The notes beneath the pieces were generated by a model, which did no database searches, was not told the DNA's origin, and saw only the letters and a list, made by a program, of their open reading frames with translations. 64,000 bases of DNA from the IMG/VR virus record IMGVR_UViG_2926965794_000002, positions 1 through 64,000 of that record. One strand, 5' to 3'. The DNA comes from a virus. Its lineage: Duplodnaviria; Caudoviricetes. Each line of letters begins with the position of its first letter. Positions within the stretch are counted from its first letter, which is position 1. Both the position numbers and the translations under genes were made by a program. This document shows positions 1 through 8,458 of the stretch, in pieces.

Positions 1-249
1 ATGAAGTTCGCGCCGGTCAGCACCCTCGCCGACCTTGAGACGCTCGATGAGGGACAGATGATCGAAGGCTATCGTTCGGCCGAGCGCGGAGATCCCGAGC
101 CGGGACCGAACCGCGGCCGTTCCTATTGGCACGGCTGGCGGAACAGGATGATTGATATGGGGGAGTTGCCTGGCGACGAAGCGTCCAGGTCTTTGGCCCG
201 CGAATATTTGGCTGCTCAGGGGCAGCGGCGGGCAGCGGAGGGAAAATGA
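1..249 (+). CDS. Hypothetical protein
   Basis: 82-aa ORF with ATGA overlap to the HD gene. Confidence 0.6.
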   Translation: MKFAPVSTLADLETLDEGQMIEGYRSAERGDPEPGPNRGRSYWHGWRNRMIDMGELPGDEASRSLAREYLAAQGQRRAAEGK

Positions 250-776
250 ACTTGATCGAAATGGCCCGCGAATTCGCGCGGGAGAAGCACGCACTGCAGA
301 AACGGAGCTACACCGGCGAACCGTACTTCGTGCACCTCGAGGAAGTCGCCGGCATTGTGGAGCGCGCCGGCCTGTCGGGAAGCGCGATCGCCGCGGCATG
401 GCTGCATGATGTCGTCGAAGATCAGGACGTTCTTGAGAGCGAGCTCGTGGAGCGTTTCGGGCAGCCAGTGTCAGTAATGGTTATGGCGCTCACCGATATG
501 CCGCCGACGCCGGCGCTGAATCGGGAGATGCGGAAGGATATCGATCGCCAACGTTTGGCGCGCGCGTCGGCCGAAACACAGGGCATCAAGTGCGCCGATC
601 TCATCAGCAACACGTCTGCGATCTCGAAGCACAATCCCGGCTTCGCGAAGGTCTATCTGCCGGAGAAGCGCGCGACCCTCGAGATCCTGACGAATGCGCC
701 GTCGCCGCTGCTCGAACAGGCCTGGGCGTCGCTGCTCGCGGCGGAAGTCGAGCTCTCCGCTCAACCGAAGCTTTGA
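246..776 (+). CDS. HD-domain small alarmone hydrolase (SpoT/MESH1-like)
   Basis: H..QKR..TGEPYFVHLEEVA, AAAWLHDVVED and IKCADLISN motifs. Confidence 0.85.
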   Translation: MNLIEMAREFAREKHALQKRSYTGEPYFVHLEEVAGIVERAGLSGSAIAAAWLHDVVEDQDVLESELVERFGQPVSVMVMALTDMPPTPALNREMRKDIDRQRLARASAETQGIKCADLISNTSAISKHNPGFAKVYLPEKRATLEILTNAPSPLLEQAWASLLAAEVELSAQPKL

Positions 777-790
777 CCAAGGATGGAGAC

Positions 791-919
791 ATGAATCCCC
801 CGGATAAATTCGCTTCGCAGCCGATCAAGGCCCCCAAGCTTAGCAAGCGAGCGATCGCTGCCATCCAACGGATCAAGAATTGGGAAGACGAAAGCGAACG
901 GAGCGCCCTGCAGCGATGA
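791..919 (+). CDS. Small hypothetical protein
   Basis: GGAG RBS, ATG 791, ATGA coupling to next ORF. Confidence 0.45.
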   Translation: MNPPDKFASQPIKAPKLSKRAIAAIQRIKNWEDESERSALQR

Positions 920-1212
920 CCAACCCGCAGCAGATGATCACGATGGACGAGCTCGAGGCCGGCAACATCGAACAGATGTGGCTGGAGGCGGTCGTCAAGA
1001 AGCTCGACCTCAAGGGAAAGCCCGGGTCGGAGATCACGCAGGAGCGAGTGAAGGACACCAACGTCACGACGCTCTGGCACAAGAACCAGCCTGTCGCGAT
1101 CGCGGTCCGCCAGCGAAATGACTGGAACTGGACCGCGCTGACGCTGGTCGAGATCCCGCCGATGAGGGCGGAATTGGCAGGAGCGGTAGGAATCGAACCC
1201 AGTGGCGTATAA
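916..1212 (+). CDS. Hypothetical protein reading into the antisense of a tRNA 3' fragment
   Basis: Coupled ATG, GC3-rich codons. Confidence 0.6.
   Translation: MTNPQQMITMDELEAGNIEQMWLEAVVKKLDLKGKPGSEITQERVKDTNVTTLWHKNQPVAIAVRQRNDWNWTALTLVEIPPMRAELAGAVGIEPSGV
1175..1201 (-). pseudogene. Isolated 3' fragment of a tRNA (Trp-like T-arm, acceptor strand and CCA)
   Basis: Reverse complement GGGTTCGATTCCTACCGCTCCTGCCA with no matching 5' half. Confidence 0.7.
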
Positions 1213-1624
1213 CGACGTCGAGAACATGCGGCGCTATCGGCGCGAGTGGTACCATCGCAACAAGGACTTTGCGAAGGCAAAACGCGCCGAGCAGAAAAGC
1301 CGCATCAAGGAATGGTTGGAAGAGTTCAAGCGAGGGCTGAAGTGCTCGGAATGTCCCGAGGATCACCCGGCGACTTTAGACTTTCACCATCTTGAGCCGG
1401 ATGGGAAAGATATCGGCGTTTCGCAAGCAATCACCGACGGATGGTCGATCGCCCGGATCAAGAGCGAGATGGCGAAATGCAAGGTGCTTTGCTCGAACTG
1501 CCATCGGAAACTACATCACTCTCTCGGGGATCGAGGCCGGCACCGGCGGCTAGAGTCGAACCAACCTGCAATGGTTTTGGAGACCATGCCGCGCCCAGCG
1601 CCCGCCGATTTACTCGCCGATTGA
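1202..1624 (+). CDS. HNH endonuclease (phage type)
   Basis: CSEC..LDFHH..KCKVLCSNCHRKLH; C-terminus reads through tRNA-Trp antisense. Confidence 0.85.
   Translation: MAYNDVENMRRYRREWYHRNKDFAKAKRAEQKSRIKEWLEEFKRGLKCSECPEDHPATLDFHHLEPDGKDIGVSQAITDGWSIARIKSEMAKCKVLCSNCHRKLHHSLGDRGRHRRLESNQPAMVLETMPRPAPADLLAD
1538..1609 (-). tRNA. tRNA-Trp(CCA), atypical (3-nt D-loop, ends CCG)
   Basis: ATGGT-CTCCAAA-ACCAT anticodon arm, TTCGACT T-loop, ATCGGCG/CGCCGGT acceptor. Confidence 0.75.
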
Positions 1625-1650
1625 ACCTCTAATTCCCCATGGAGACAGCA

Positions 1651-2040
1651 ATGACGGATGAAGAGACCTTCGAGGCGTTGGAGAAATACTTCGGCTGCAC
1701 CGTCCACGGCTGGCCATGCATCCCGCGGGCGCGCGCCAGGTGGTGGCAATTTCGTGCTCGCCGTGACGACCAGCTGGTCGACGGCGCCCTCGCCGCGATC
1801 GGCCGCGGCCCCTACACCGCCGAGATGAGCCGCGTGTTCTGGGAGCAGGTCCGCTACGGCCAGGACATCTGCGAAGACGCCGGCGGCTACGATTGGCGGT
1901 GCTGGTGCGCGGCGCTCGGCCTGCCCTTCCGGCAGCCGACGTTCACGTACAGCGGCTATGTCGCGCCCGGCGAGGACCCCAAGATCGGCGCTGCATATCG
2001 GGACATCTTCACGCAGCTCGGCGCCGGCGAAGGGATCTGA
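1651..2040 (+). CDS. Hypothetical protein; stop abuts tRNA-His CCA
   Basis: GGAG RBS at 1641; TGA 2038-2040. Confidence 0.7.
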   Translation: MTDEETFEALEKYFGCTVHGWPCIPRARARWWQFRARRDDQLVDGALAAIGRGPYTAEMSRVFWEQVRYGQDICEDAGGYDWRCWCAALGLPFRQPTFTYSGYVAPGEDPKIGAAYRDIFTQLGAGEGI

Positions 2041-2115
2041 TGGTCCTGACTGGGTGAATCGAACACCGCGTCTCCCGGTCCACGGCCGAGCGTCCTACCA
2101 TTGAACAAAGTCAGG
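2041..2115 (-). tRNA. tRNA-His(GTG), A73, C33
   Basis: Loop CCGTGGA; CCTGACT/AGTCAGG-A-CCA acceptor. Confidence 0.85.
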
Positions 2116-2125
2116 AGAGATTGAG

Positions 2126-2314
2126 ATGGCAACACCAGAACAGAAGGCGGCATCGCGGAAGGTGATGGATGCTGTCACGGCGCTCAACAGCGCGCTGAGC
2201 GATGCCGGCAGCGAAGGCCTGCACGTCCGCCTTGAGACCGTGAATGAGCTCGGTCGGCGCAATCCGAACTACGTCGTCGCCGAGATCGAGACCCGCGAGA
2301 CGGTGCTGCCGTGA
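2126..2314 (+). CDS. Small hypothetical protein
   Basis: AGGAG RBS overlapping tRNA-His 5' end; GTGA coupling to next ORF. Confidence 0.6.
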   Translation: MATPEQKAASRKVMDAVTALNSALSDAGSEGLHVRLETVNELGRRNPNYVVAEIETRETVLP

Positions 2315-2619
2315 GGTATCTCGTCCGCTGCTGCTGCGAGCCGGACAAGATCCTCGGCTATCTCACCGTCCCGCACGAAATGCGTAACGGCGAGCGCTAT
2401 CCGATTTGCCGCATGGATCAGTTGCTCATCAACGCCCGTCCCTTTGAACCCTCCGAGCTCGTCCATTCGAAGATCGAAACCGCGCTGTTTCGCACCCTGA
2501 TTAACGCGGACGGAAACCGCGAGATCGCCGTCTACTCCGATGATCGGCCGATCGAGTTTTGGCGTGGAGTTCGAGGTTTCGAGGAAGTGGTCGCAGGCAC
2601 TGGGGTTGAACCAGCCTAG
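2311..2619 (+). CDS. Hypothetical protein reading into tRNA antisense
   Basis: Coupled start; last codons overlap tRNA(CAT). Confidence 0.55.
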   Translation: MRYLVRCCCEPDKILGYLTVPHEMRNGERYPICRMDQLLINARPFEPSELVHSKIETALFRTLINADGNREIAVYSDDRPIEFWRGVRGFEEVVAGTGVEPA

Positions 2620-2662
2620 CCGCCCTTATGAGAGGCAGCCCCTACCCGACCGAGGGCCTGCG
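2588..2662 (-). tRNA. tRNA(CAT), Met or Ile2
   Basis: Loop CTCATAA; CGCAGGC/GCCTGCG-A-CCA. Confidence 0.8.
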
Positions 2663-2681
2663 AAAGGAAGGAATTCACGAA

Positions 2682-3113
2682 ATGCCGCGTCCGATAGACA
2701 AAGACCGCCAATTGACCGACCTGCTCGCAACTGCGGAAGCCTTCCGTGTCGCAATGATCGAGAGCGGTGCCGTGAACAGCGTTGGTCATGATCGATATTT
2801 CGATCAACTTCGCGCTTTGGAGCGCGCGCTTCAGCCGCTCAACTATCTCATTCCCCCGGATGACGTGAAGCCGGCCGTGGAATCAGACATCGCGATCGCT
2901 GTCACTATGCTTTGCCCGCGGCGAGACTGCTCCATCAAGATCAGGCGTGGCGAAGAAACCTGCATGGGGTGGCCCGGGCCCACCTATGACAGGGACGGCA
3001 AGCGAACCGACCGCGGCGATCCGAACCGAGTCCAATTCGCTGCAAGGTGTGAGCGATGTGAGAAGGCATGGTCCGTGCGCACTAGATACGAACAGATCGA
3101 GGATGTCCGATGA
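2682..3113 (+). CDS. Hypothetical protein with C-terminal Cys pairs (possible Zn finger); stop abuts tRNA-Gln
   Basis: CPRRDC and CERC; AAGGA RBS. Confidence 0.6.
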   Translation: MPRPIDKDRQLTDLLATAEAFRVAMIESGAVNSVGHDRYFDQLRALERALQPLNYLIPPDDVKPAVESDIAIAVTMLCPRRDCSIKIRRGEETCMGWPGPTYDRDGKRTDRGDPNRVQFAARCERCEKAWSVRTRYEQIEDVR

Positions 3114-3189
3114 TGGCAGGCGCGACAGGACTCGAACCTGTGGATGTCGGAATCAAAATCCGATGCCTTACCAACTTGGCTACGCGCCC
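3114..3189 (-). tRNA. tRNA-Gln(TTG)
   Basis: TCGGA-TTTTGAT-TCCGA; CCA end. Confidence 0.92.
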
Positions 3190-3194
3190 ATGAT

Positions 3195-3271
3195 TGGTCC
3201 TGCCAACGGGAGTCGAACCCGCGATGTCCAGCGTTGAAAGCGCCGTACCCTTTCCACCAGGCGATGGCAGG
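3195..3271 (-). tRNA. tRNA-Glu(TTC)
   Basis: CGGCG-CTTTCAA-CGCTG; CCA end. Confidence 0.88.
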
Positions 3272-3396
3272 CCGTTTGCCGCCCACAATTTCCGCGGGTA
3301 GGATGCCGATCGCCGGAACGTTGTTACCGCGGCGGCCGGCACTCGAGTGGAGGGCCCCCGGGGAGATTTCAGTCTCCTCGGGGTTTCCTTGGTGAT

Positions 3397-3470
3397 TGGT
3401 GCGGGCTGCCGGACTCGAACCGACTTAGCCTGGGTGGAAACCAGGTGATCAGCCTATGACCCAAACCCGC
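3397..3470 (-). tRNA. tRNA-Gly(TCC)
   Basis: CCTGG-TTTCCAC-CCAGG; CCA end. Confidence 0.88.
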
Positions 3471-3484
3471 GTAAGGAGTATGAA

Positions 3485-3700
3485 ATGGACGAGAACTCTC
3501 AGCTGATGTCCCTGCTCGAAGACAAAGCAAGGTCCCTGCGAGACGGCCACCTGACCATCCTGCGCTTCACGACAAACTGGCGGGTTGGTTTCGGTACGCC
3601 CACCGATCGCTACGACATCGGCAAGGCCGCCGAGGGACCGACATTCGCGGCGGCGGCGCGCAACGCATTAGCCAATCCCGAGCAGCACTGCCTCTATTAG
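3485..3700 (+). CDS. Small hypothetical protein; stop abuts tRNA-Ser
   Basis: TAAGGAG RBS; TAG 3698-3700. Confidence 0.7.
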   Translation: MDENSQLMSLLEDKARSLRDGHLTILRFTTNWRVGFGTPTDRYDIGKAAEGPTFAAAARNALANPEQHCLY

Positions 3701-3787
3701 TGGCGGAGAGGACAGGGATCGAACCTGCGCGTCCCGAAGGACTCGGCGCCTTAGCAAAGCGCTGCCTTACCGCTCGGCCACCTCTCC
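3701..3787 (-). tRNA. tRNA-Ser(GCT)
   Basis: Loop TTGCTAA, long variable arm, G73-CCA. Confidence 0.93.
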
Positions 3788-3801
3788 AATTGGAAACGAT
3801 C

Positions 3802-4044
3802 ATGGAAATCCTGCACAGATCCCTTGCTGACCCCGTCGCCGGAAGGATCACGGCGGACGGATACGTTGAGGGTCCAGCCAGCGAAGTGTCGGCCCAGGCG
3901 AGCTACACCTTCGAGGCCGACATTGATGGTCGCTGGCACCGCTGGACCGGGCAGCGCCCTGAGATCGTCGGCGATCGCGCGCGCTTCTGGCTGCGCGACG
4001 GAACACCGATCGGAAGCACCGAGCTCCGCAGATCTCCGGATTGA
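3802..4044 (+). CDS. Small hypothetical protein
   Basis: ATG 15 nt past tRNA-Ser 5' end; 80 aa. Confidence 0.55.
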   Translation: MEILHRSLADPVAGRITADGYVEGPASEVSAQASYTFEADIDGRWHRWTGQRPEIVGDRARFWLRDGTPIGSTELRRSPD

Positions 4045-4156
4045 CCGCCGGCCTCGCCTGTCCCTAATTGCGCGCGCGCCCCGAGGGAGGGTCTGTCGCA
4101 GTCGCTCGGGACGCACGCCCGCTCTTGGCCGCACCAGGAGCGGGCATTTTCATGCA

Positions 4157-4233
4157 TGGCGATCGCCGCCGGACTCGAACCGGCAACCTCCGCGGTAGGA
4201 ACGCGGCGCTCTGTCCAGTTGAGCTAGGCGACC
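4157..4233 (-). tRNA. tRNA-Arg(CCT)
   Basis: CCGCG-TTCCTAC-CGCGG. Confidence 0.93.
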
Positions 4234-4290
4234 GTTGATGCAGGCCTGCCGAGCAGCTACGATCCGAGCTTTCCAAACGGGGTCTTTTGC

Positions 4291-4866
4291 GTGTGGCAGT
4301 GGCGTAGGAAAGCGGCGGGGTGGGCTCCCATCATCGGTTGGTTCTCCGTACTCATCGGCCCGTCCGCAGCCGAACTGTTGAAGCGGTGGATGGAGCGAAA
4401 CGGGTACTTCGATCATCCGGACCAAGGGGTTGCGTGGCTCGTCTCCGTAGTGGCCGGCCTAGCCCAGTCGCACTGGTTCTATCCACTCCTCGCGTTCCTG
4501 TTTGGTCTGTCGATCGGTCTTTGGGCCGATCGGGTCCTGCGCCGGCTGGCGAATGAGCAAGGTGGCGAACTCACAAACCTAGGGCGCTCGCTGCGCGGCA
4601 TGGCAGAGAGCGTGCGGCAAAGCCAAGGTGGCTTCAGAAGCACCTGGCCCGAGAATGTCGAGCACCTTCGCGGACCTCTCGAATCCTATTTTCTCACGCT
4701 GAAAAGCGATTGGAAGATCGCGCCGCTGCCGGCCTCGGTCTTCGAACTGAACCATGGGGCGCAGATCCTGATCGAATACCTTGATCATGTTGGCTCGCAC
4801 CTGATGGGGCGGCAGTTGAAGGCCGCGCAGAACAAGGCTCGCAATTTGGCGGCAGAGATCGGCTGA
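4291..4866 (+). CDS. Membrane protein with N-terminal TM helices
   Basis: Hydrophobic segments; stop 3 nt from tRNA-Arg CCA. Confidence 0.7.
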   Translation: MWQWRRKAAGWAPIIGWFSVLIGPSAAELLKRWMERNGYFDHPDQGVAWLVSVVAGLAQSHWFYPLLAFLFGLSIGLWADRVLRRLANEQGGELTNLGRSLRGMAESVRQSQGGFRSTWPENVEHLRGPLESYFLTLKSDWKIAPLPASVFELNHGAQILIEYLDHVGSHLMGRQLKAAQNKARNLAAEIG

Positions 4867-4869
4867 TCG

Positions 4870-4944
4870 TGGCGAGCGCACGAGGACTCGAACCTCGATT
4901 CCGGGCTTAGAAGGCCCGCGCCTATCCCGTTGACGGATACGCCC
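4870..4944 (-). tRNA. tRNA-Arg(TCT)
   Basis: CGGGC-CTTCTAA-GCCCG. Confidence 0.9.
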
Positions 4945-5005
4945 TTTTCGTCGGCATGCAAAAGATCTGAAAAATAATCCTCGGTTTTGGCGTTTGAGTG
5001 CGCGT

Positions 5006-5392
5006 ATGCCATATCAGCGCTTCTTCATAGTCGGCGGACCGGCCCGTGAACGCTTGAAGCGCTTCATCGCCGAGACCGGAAAGCGACTCCACTCGGAAAA
5101 GATGCTGTTTCGCAGGGCCGGGTTTGTAGCCCGCCGCTACGGTGAACCGATCTCGGCCTGTCCGACGAACCTCGGCGGGTTTCCCAACGTGCATTGGCTC
5201 GAGGGATATGCCGGCAAGATCGCACCGAGCCGTGACGTCATCGACGGCGCCTTCAACATGACGCCGGCGGAGCACGTTGTAGCCTTCACCGACTGGACAT
5301 ATTCGCTTGGCCTGCCGGCAGAGATGGCAGCAAAACTGGTTGCTGGCGTTCGGTCGGGATATCGCACTGATGTTCTACCGATCGTGCAATGA
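5006..5392 (+). CDS. Hypothetical protein; stop abuts tRNA-Cys
   Basis: 128-aa ORF filling the inter-tRNA gap; TGA 5390-5392. Confidence 0.55.
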   Translation: MPYQRFFIVGGPARERLKRFIAETGKRLHSEKMLFRRAGFVARRYGEPISACPTNLGGFPNVHWLEGYAGKIAPSRDVIDGAFNMTPAEHVVAFTDWTYSLGLPAEMAAKLVAGVRSGYRTDVLPIVQ

Positions 5393-5467
5393 TGGAAGCC
5401 CCGGCCGGTGCTACCCCGGCTCATAGCGGTTTTGCAGACCGCCGCGTTCCTGTTTCGCCACGGGGCC
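5393..5467 (-). tRNA. tRNA-Cys(GCA) with non-canonical T-loop GGTAGCA
   Basis: GCGGT-CTGCAAA-ACCGC; U73-CCA. Confidence 0.85.
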
Positions 5468-5471
5468 AAAT

Positions 5472-5549
5472 TGGCAGGGGATGACGGATTTGAACCGCCG
5501 ATACCGCGTTCAGAGCGCGGCGCTTTGGGCCAGGCTAAGCTAATCCCCG
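5472..5549 (-). tRNA. tRNA-Gln(CTG)
   Basis: CCGCG-CTCTGAA-CGCGG. Confidence 0.9.
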
Positions 5550-5555
5550 TCAACA

Positions 5556-5634
5556 TGGTCAGCGCGGGTGGATTCGAACCACCGATCCCCTGCTTCCAAG
5601 GCAGGTAGGGACGGCCAGGCTCCCCTACACGCTG
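5556..5634 (-). tRNA. tRNA-Pro(TGG)
   Basis: CCTGC-CTTGGAA-GCAGG. Confidence 0.9.
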
Positions 5635-5639
5635 ATAAC

Positions 5640-5716
5640 TGGCCTTCCGGACAGGACTCGAATCTGCATACCTTCGCGTTCGTAGCGCGCTGCTCCACCA
5701 GTTGAGCTACCGGAAG
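5640..5716 (-). tRNA. tRNA-Arg(ACG)
   Basis: Loop CTACGAA; CCA end. Confidence 0.87.
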
Positions 5717-5911
5717 ATGATTTCTCGCCTCGCCGAGGTTTCCCCTCGACTTCTCGTCTCGATGCGCGCGGCGCGCTTCGCCTCAGACCGGCCGATCGCT
5801 CCGGTCCGCCTCGAGATCACGTCCAGCGCTGCGCAGATCCGCGCGCGACCGAAGAAGATGCCGGCACTGACCGACTCTCCACCGTGTCGCCTCCTCGCAC
5901 CCGCTTCGGAT

Positions 5912-5986
5912 TGGCGCAGCCAACGGGACTCGAACCCGTGTCGACCGGTTGAGAACCGGGCATCCTGACCACTAGACGATGGCTGC
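5912..5986 (-). tRNA. tRNA-Glu(CTC)
   Basis: Loop TTCTCAA; CCA end. Confidence 0.92.
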
Positions 5987-5993
5987 TTGGAAA

Positions 5994-6067
5994 TGGCTCC
6001 CCGATCAGGACTCGAACCTGAATGAACCGGTTAACAGCCGGGTCGCTTGCCATTAGCGGATCGGGAA
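5994..6067 (-). tRNA. tRNA-Asn(GTT)
   Basis: Loop CTGTTAA; G73-CCA. Confidence 0.9.
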
Positions 6068-6074
6068 ATGACGA

Positions 6075-6150
6075 TGGTGGAGACGCGGGGACTCGAACCC
6101 CGGACCGACTGCTTGCAAAACAGCTGCTCTCGCCGCTGAGCTACGTCCCC
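6075..6150 (-). tRNA. tRNA-Ala(TGC)
   Basis: Loop TTTGCAA; G3:U70. Confidence 0.93.
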
Positions 6151-6204
6151 AATTGCTTTACAAAACCGCCGTTTCGCTTGTCGGAAACGGCGTTTCCCTT
6201 GTCA

Positions 6205-6279
6205 TGGTGCCCGGAAATGGAATCGAACCACTGACGCGCACGCCTTCAACGTGCCGCTCTACCGCTGAGCTATCCGGGC
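6205..6279 (-). tRNA. tRNA-Phe(GAA)
   Basis: GCACG-TTGAAGG-CGTGC. Confidence 0.92.
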
Positions 6280-6311
6280 AATTTGCGAGTTTGCGCAAAT
6301 GCGCAAGTTGA

Positions 6312-6385
6312 TGGTGCGGGCACCGGGAGTCGAACCCGGGCTGTGAGAGTGGCACTCTCACCGACTACCGTAATCATTTACCCGC
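6312..6385 (-). tRNA. tRNA-Gly(GCC), G32-C38
   Basis: TGAGA-GTGCCAC-TCTCA. Confidence 0.85.
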
Positions 6386-6390
6386 GAATT

Positions 6391-6475
6391 TGGTGGGTAA
6401 CCCTGGAATCGAACCAGGAAGGCGCATAGGCGCAGGCGTTACAGGCCCGCTCAGTCCCCAGACTTGGCGTTACCC
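6391..6475 (-). tRNA. tRNA-Tyr(GTA)
   Basis: Loop CTGTAAC, long variable arm, A73-CCA. Confidence 0.87.
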
Positions 6476-7610
6476 AGAGTGTGCTTACGTCGGGCAGGAC
6501 TCATGCCGGCTCTCCCCCACCCAAAGGCCCCGAACGATGCTCCGTGATCCGGGCCGCTAGCCCAAGGGCTGGCGATAACCGACAGTTTATGTTTACGATC
6601 ACCGGAGGTTACCCCTCTCAACCGGCAGACCCAGCGCTAAGGCAAACATGAAGATCGACTCATTCAAGAATGAACTGCGGAGCGCCCTCCAAACAATTTG
6701 CGCTGAGAATAAATGGAGCTTCGACAACGTTAAACAACGCGGGATGGCTTTTGAAAATTGGTGCTTCAATTTGCTGAGCGAGCGCTATCCCGCGGCCGAT
6801 AACGATCCCTCCTTGTGCATCATCCGAGGAGATGACGCTGGGATCGACATCTTTTTTGAAAGCAAGGAAACGGACGAGATCTATATCGTCCAGTGCAAGC
6901 ATCCCAGAATTGCTGGCTCCGATCCAATCCCGGAAGGAGACGTGAAGTCGTTTTTTTCAAACTATAAGCTATTGAGCGACCGCACGTATCTAGCCCAGCG
7001 AAAGACCACCAACCCGAAGTTGGAGGAGCTAGCTAATGAGTTCGAGTATTGGCTCAAGCAGCGCTACCTGATTCACTTCATCTTTATAAGCTCCGGAGAG
7101 TCGTCAGACAAAACCGACGCACTGATCGACAAATTCACGAAGGACAACCAAAATCAAAACGTCAAGTTCGACGTTTTGGACATCTCAGGGCTGAGGGATG
7201 AATTTGTTTCGGTAAAAAGCATCGAGGAGAAATATCCCGATACAATTAGTCTGACCCTAGCTGAAAATCATTTCATGCAACCAGACGGCACACTACGCAA
7301 TCTCACCTTTGCGATCCGCGGCAACGCTCTCAAGCAGATCGCCATGGATCACAAAGATAGTCTTTTCAATTGGAATATCAGACGTTTCTTAGGGCGCAAG
7401 GGTGAGGTCAACACTGGCCTCAACAAGACGCTTACCGATGAGCCACAAAATTTCTACTATTTCAATAATGGCATATCCGCGCTTTGCGAAGACTTCGAGT
7501 TCAATCCCAAGACAGGAAAACTGGTCATTCAGAAGTTGCAGATCGTGAACGGAGCGCAGACGGTTGGCGCGCTCAAGCACGCAATAGTCGATAAATTGAA
7601 AGACACTCTA

Positions 7611-8458
7611 GGTGGTGTGGACTCTAAGGATTCCCTTTTGAGAGCAAATCAGATTCAAGGCTTCTTTTTGGGAGGCGGCCTTGGGTGTGATGGAGCGTTT
7701 GGTGTTGAGCGACGCGGCCTGGGAGCGCATGGCGCCGCTGATCATAGGCCGGCCCGATCAGAAGGGCTCGACCGGGCGGGACAACCGGATGTTTGTGGAA
7801 GGTGTGCTTTGGATCGTGCGTACGGGCTCTCCTTGGCGTGATCTTCCGGAGGCTTTTGGAGATTGGAACAGCGTGTTCCGGCGGTTCAGTCGATGGAGCC
7901 GCAAGGGTGTCTGGTGCCGCATCTTCGAGGCGATGTCCGAGGATCCGGACTTCGAATATCTGATCGTCGATTCCACCATTGTCCGGGCGCATCAGCACGC
8001 CGCCGGGGCGAAAAAAGGGGGTCTGAAGATCAAGCGATCGGGCGCTCGCGCGGCGGCCTGAGCACGAAGATACATATGGCCGTACGCGGCTTGGGATGCC
8101 CCGTGCGGTTCACGCTCACCGCGGGCCAGAAGGGCGATGCACCACAAGCCGCTGCATTAATCGAGGGGCTGCCCGCCGAGGTCGTCATCGCCGATACGGC
8201 TTATGACGCCGATCGTTTGCGCCAAGACATCGCCGCCAAAAAGGCGCTCGCCGTCATCCCCAACAACCCCTCGCGAGCCCTCAAATATCCGCTCGACAAA
8301 CATCTCTATGCCCAGCGCCATCTCGTGGAATGCTGCTTCAGCAAGCTCAAGCAGTTCCGACGCGTCGCAACCCGCTTCGAAAAGACCGCCCGGAATTACC
8401 GGGCCGTCGTCACTCTCGCTGCCATCGTCCTATGGCTGCGATAAGTGTCCACACCACC
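7611..8458 (+). mobile_element. IS5-family element (IS427-like), 848 bp
   Basis: TIR GGTGGTGTGGAC/GTCCACACCACC; TA duplication in a CTAG target. Confidence 0.92.
7690..8444 (+). CDS. IS5 transposase, two ORFs joined by a -1 frameshift
   Basis: WRDLPEAFGDW, IVDST, GRSRGGLSTKIH, RHLVECCF..LKQFRRVATRFEK; AAAAAAGGGG at about 8011. Confidence 0.9.

Noticed and set aside
1175-1609. Single tRNA-Trp split by an HNH-containing intron
   Set aside because: The 1538-1609 gene is complete on its own, and its 5' acceptor strand does not pair with the 1175 fragment
5880-5910. HDV-like/theta ribozyme (GCCTCCTCGC)
   Set aside because: Antisense to the tRNAs and lacks the P3 partner and the nested pseudoknot order
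6280-6310. TTTGCGCAAATGCGCAA as another copy of the start-associated motif
   Set aside because: Shares only TGCGCAA; no hairpin, SD or downstream ORF
5400-6480. Short ORFs overlapping the dense tRNA block
   Set aside because: Translations of tRNA sequence, not credible proteins
6648-7841. 397-aa ORF as an intact protein
   Set aside because: The C-terminal part reads through the IS left end; the true gene continues at 8461
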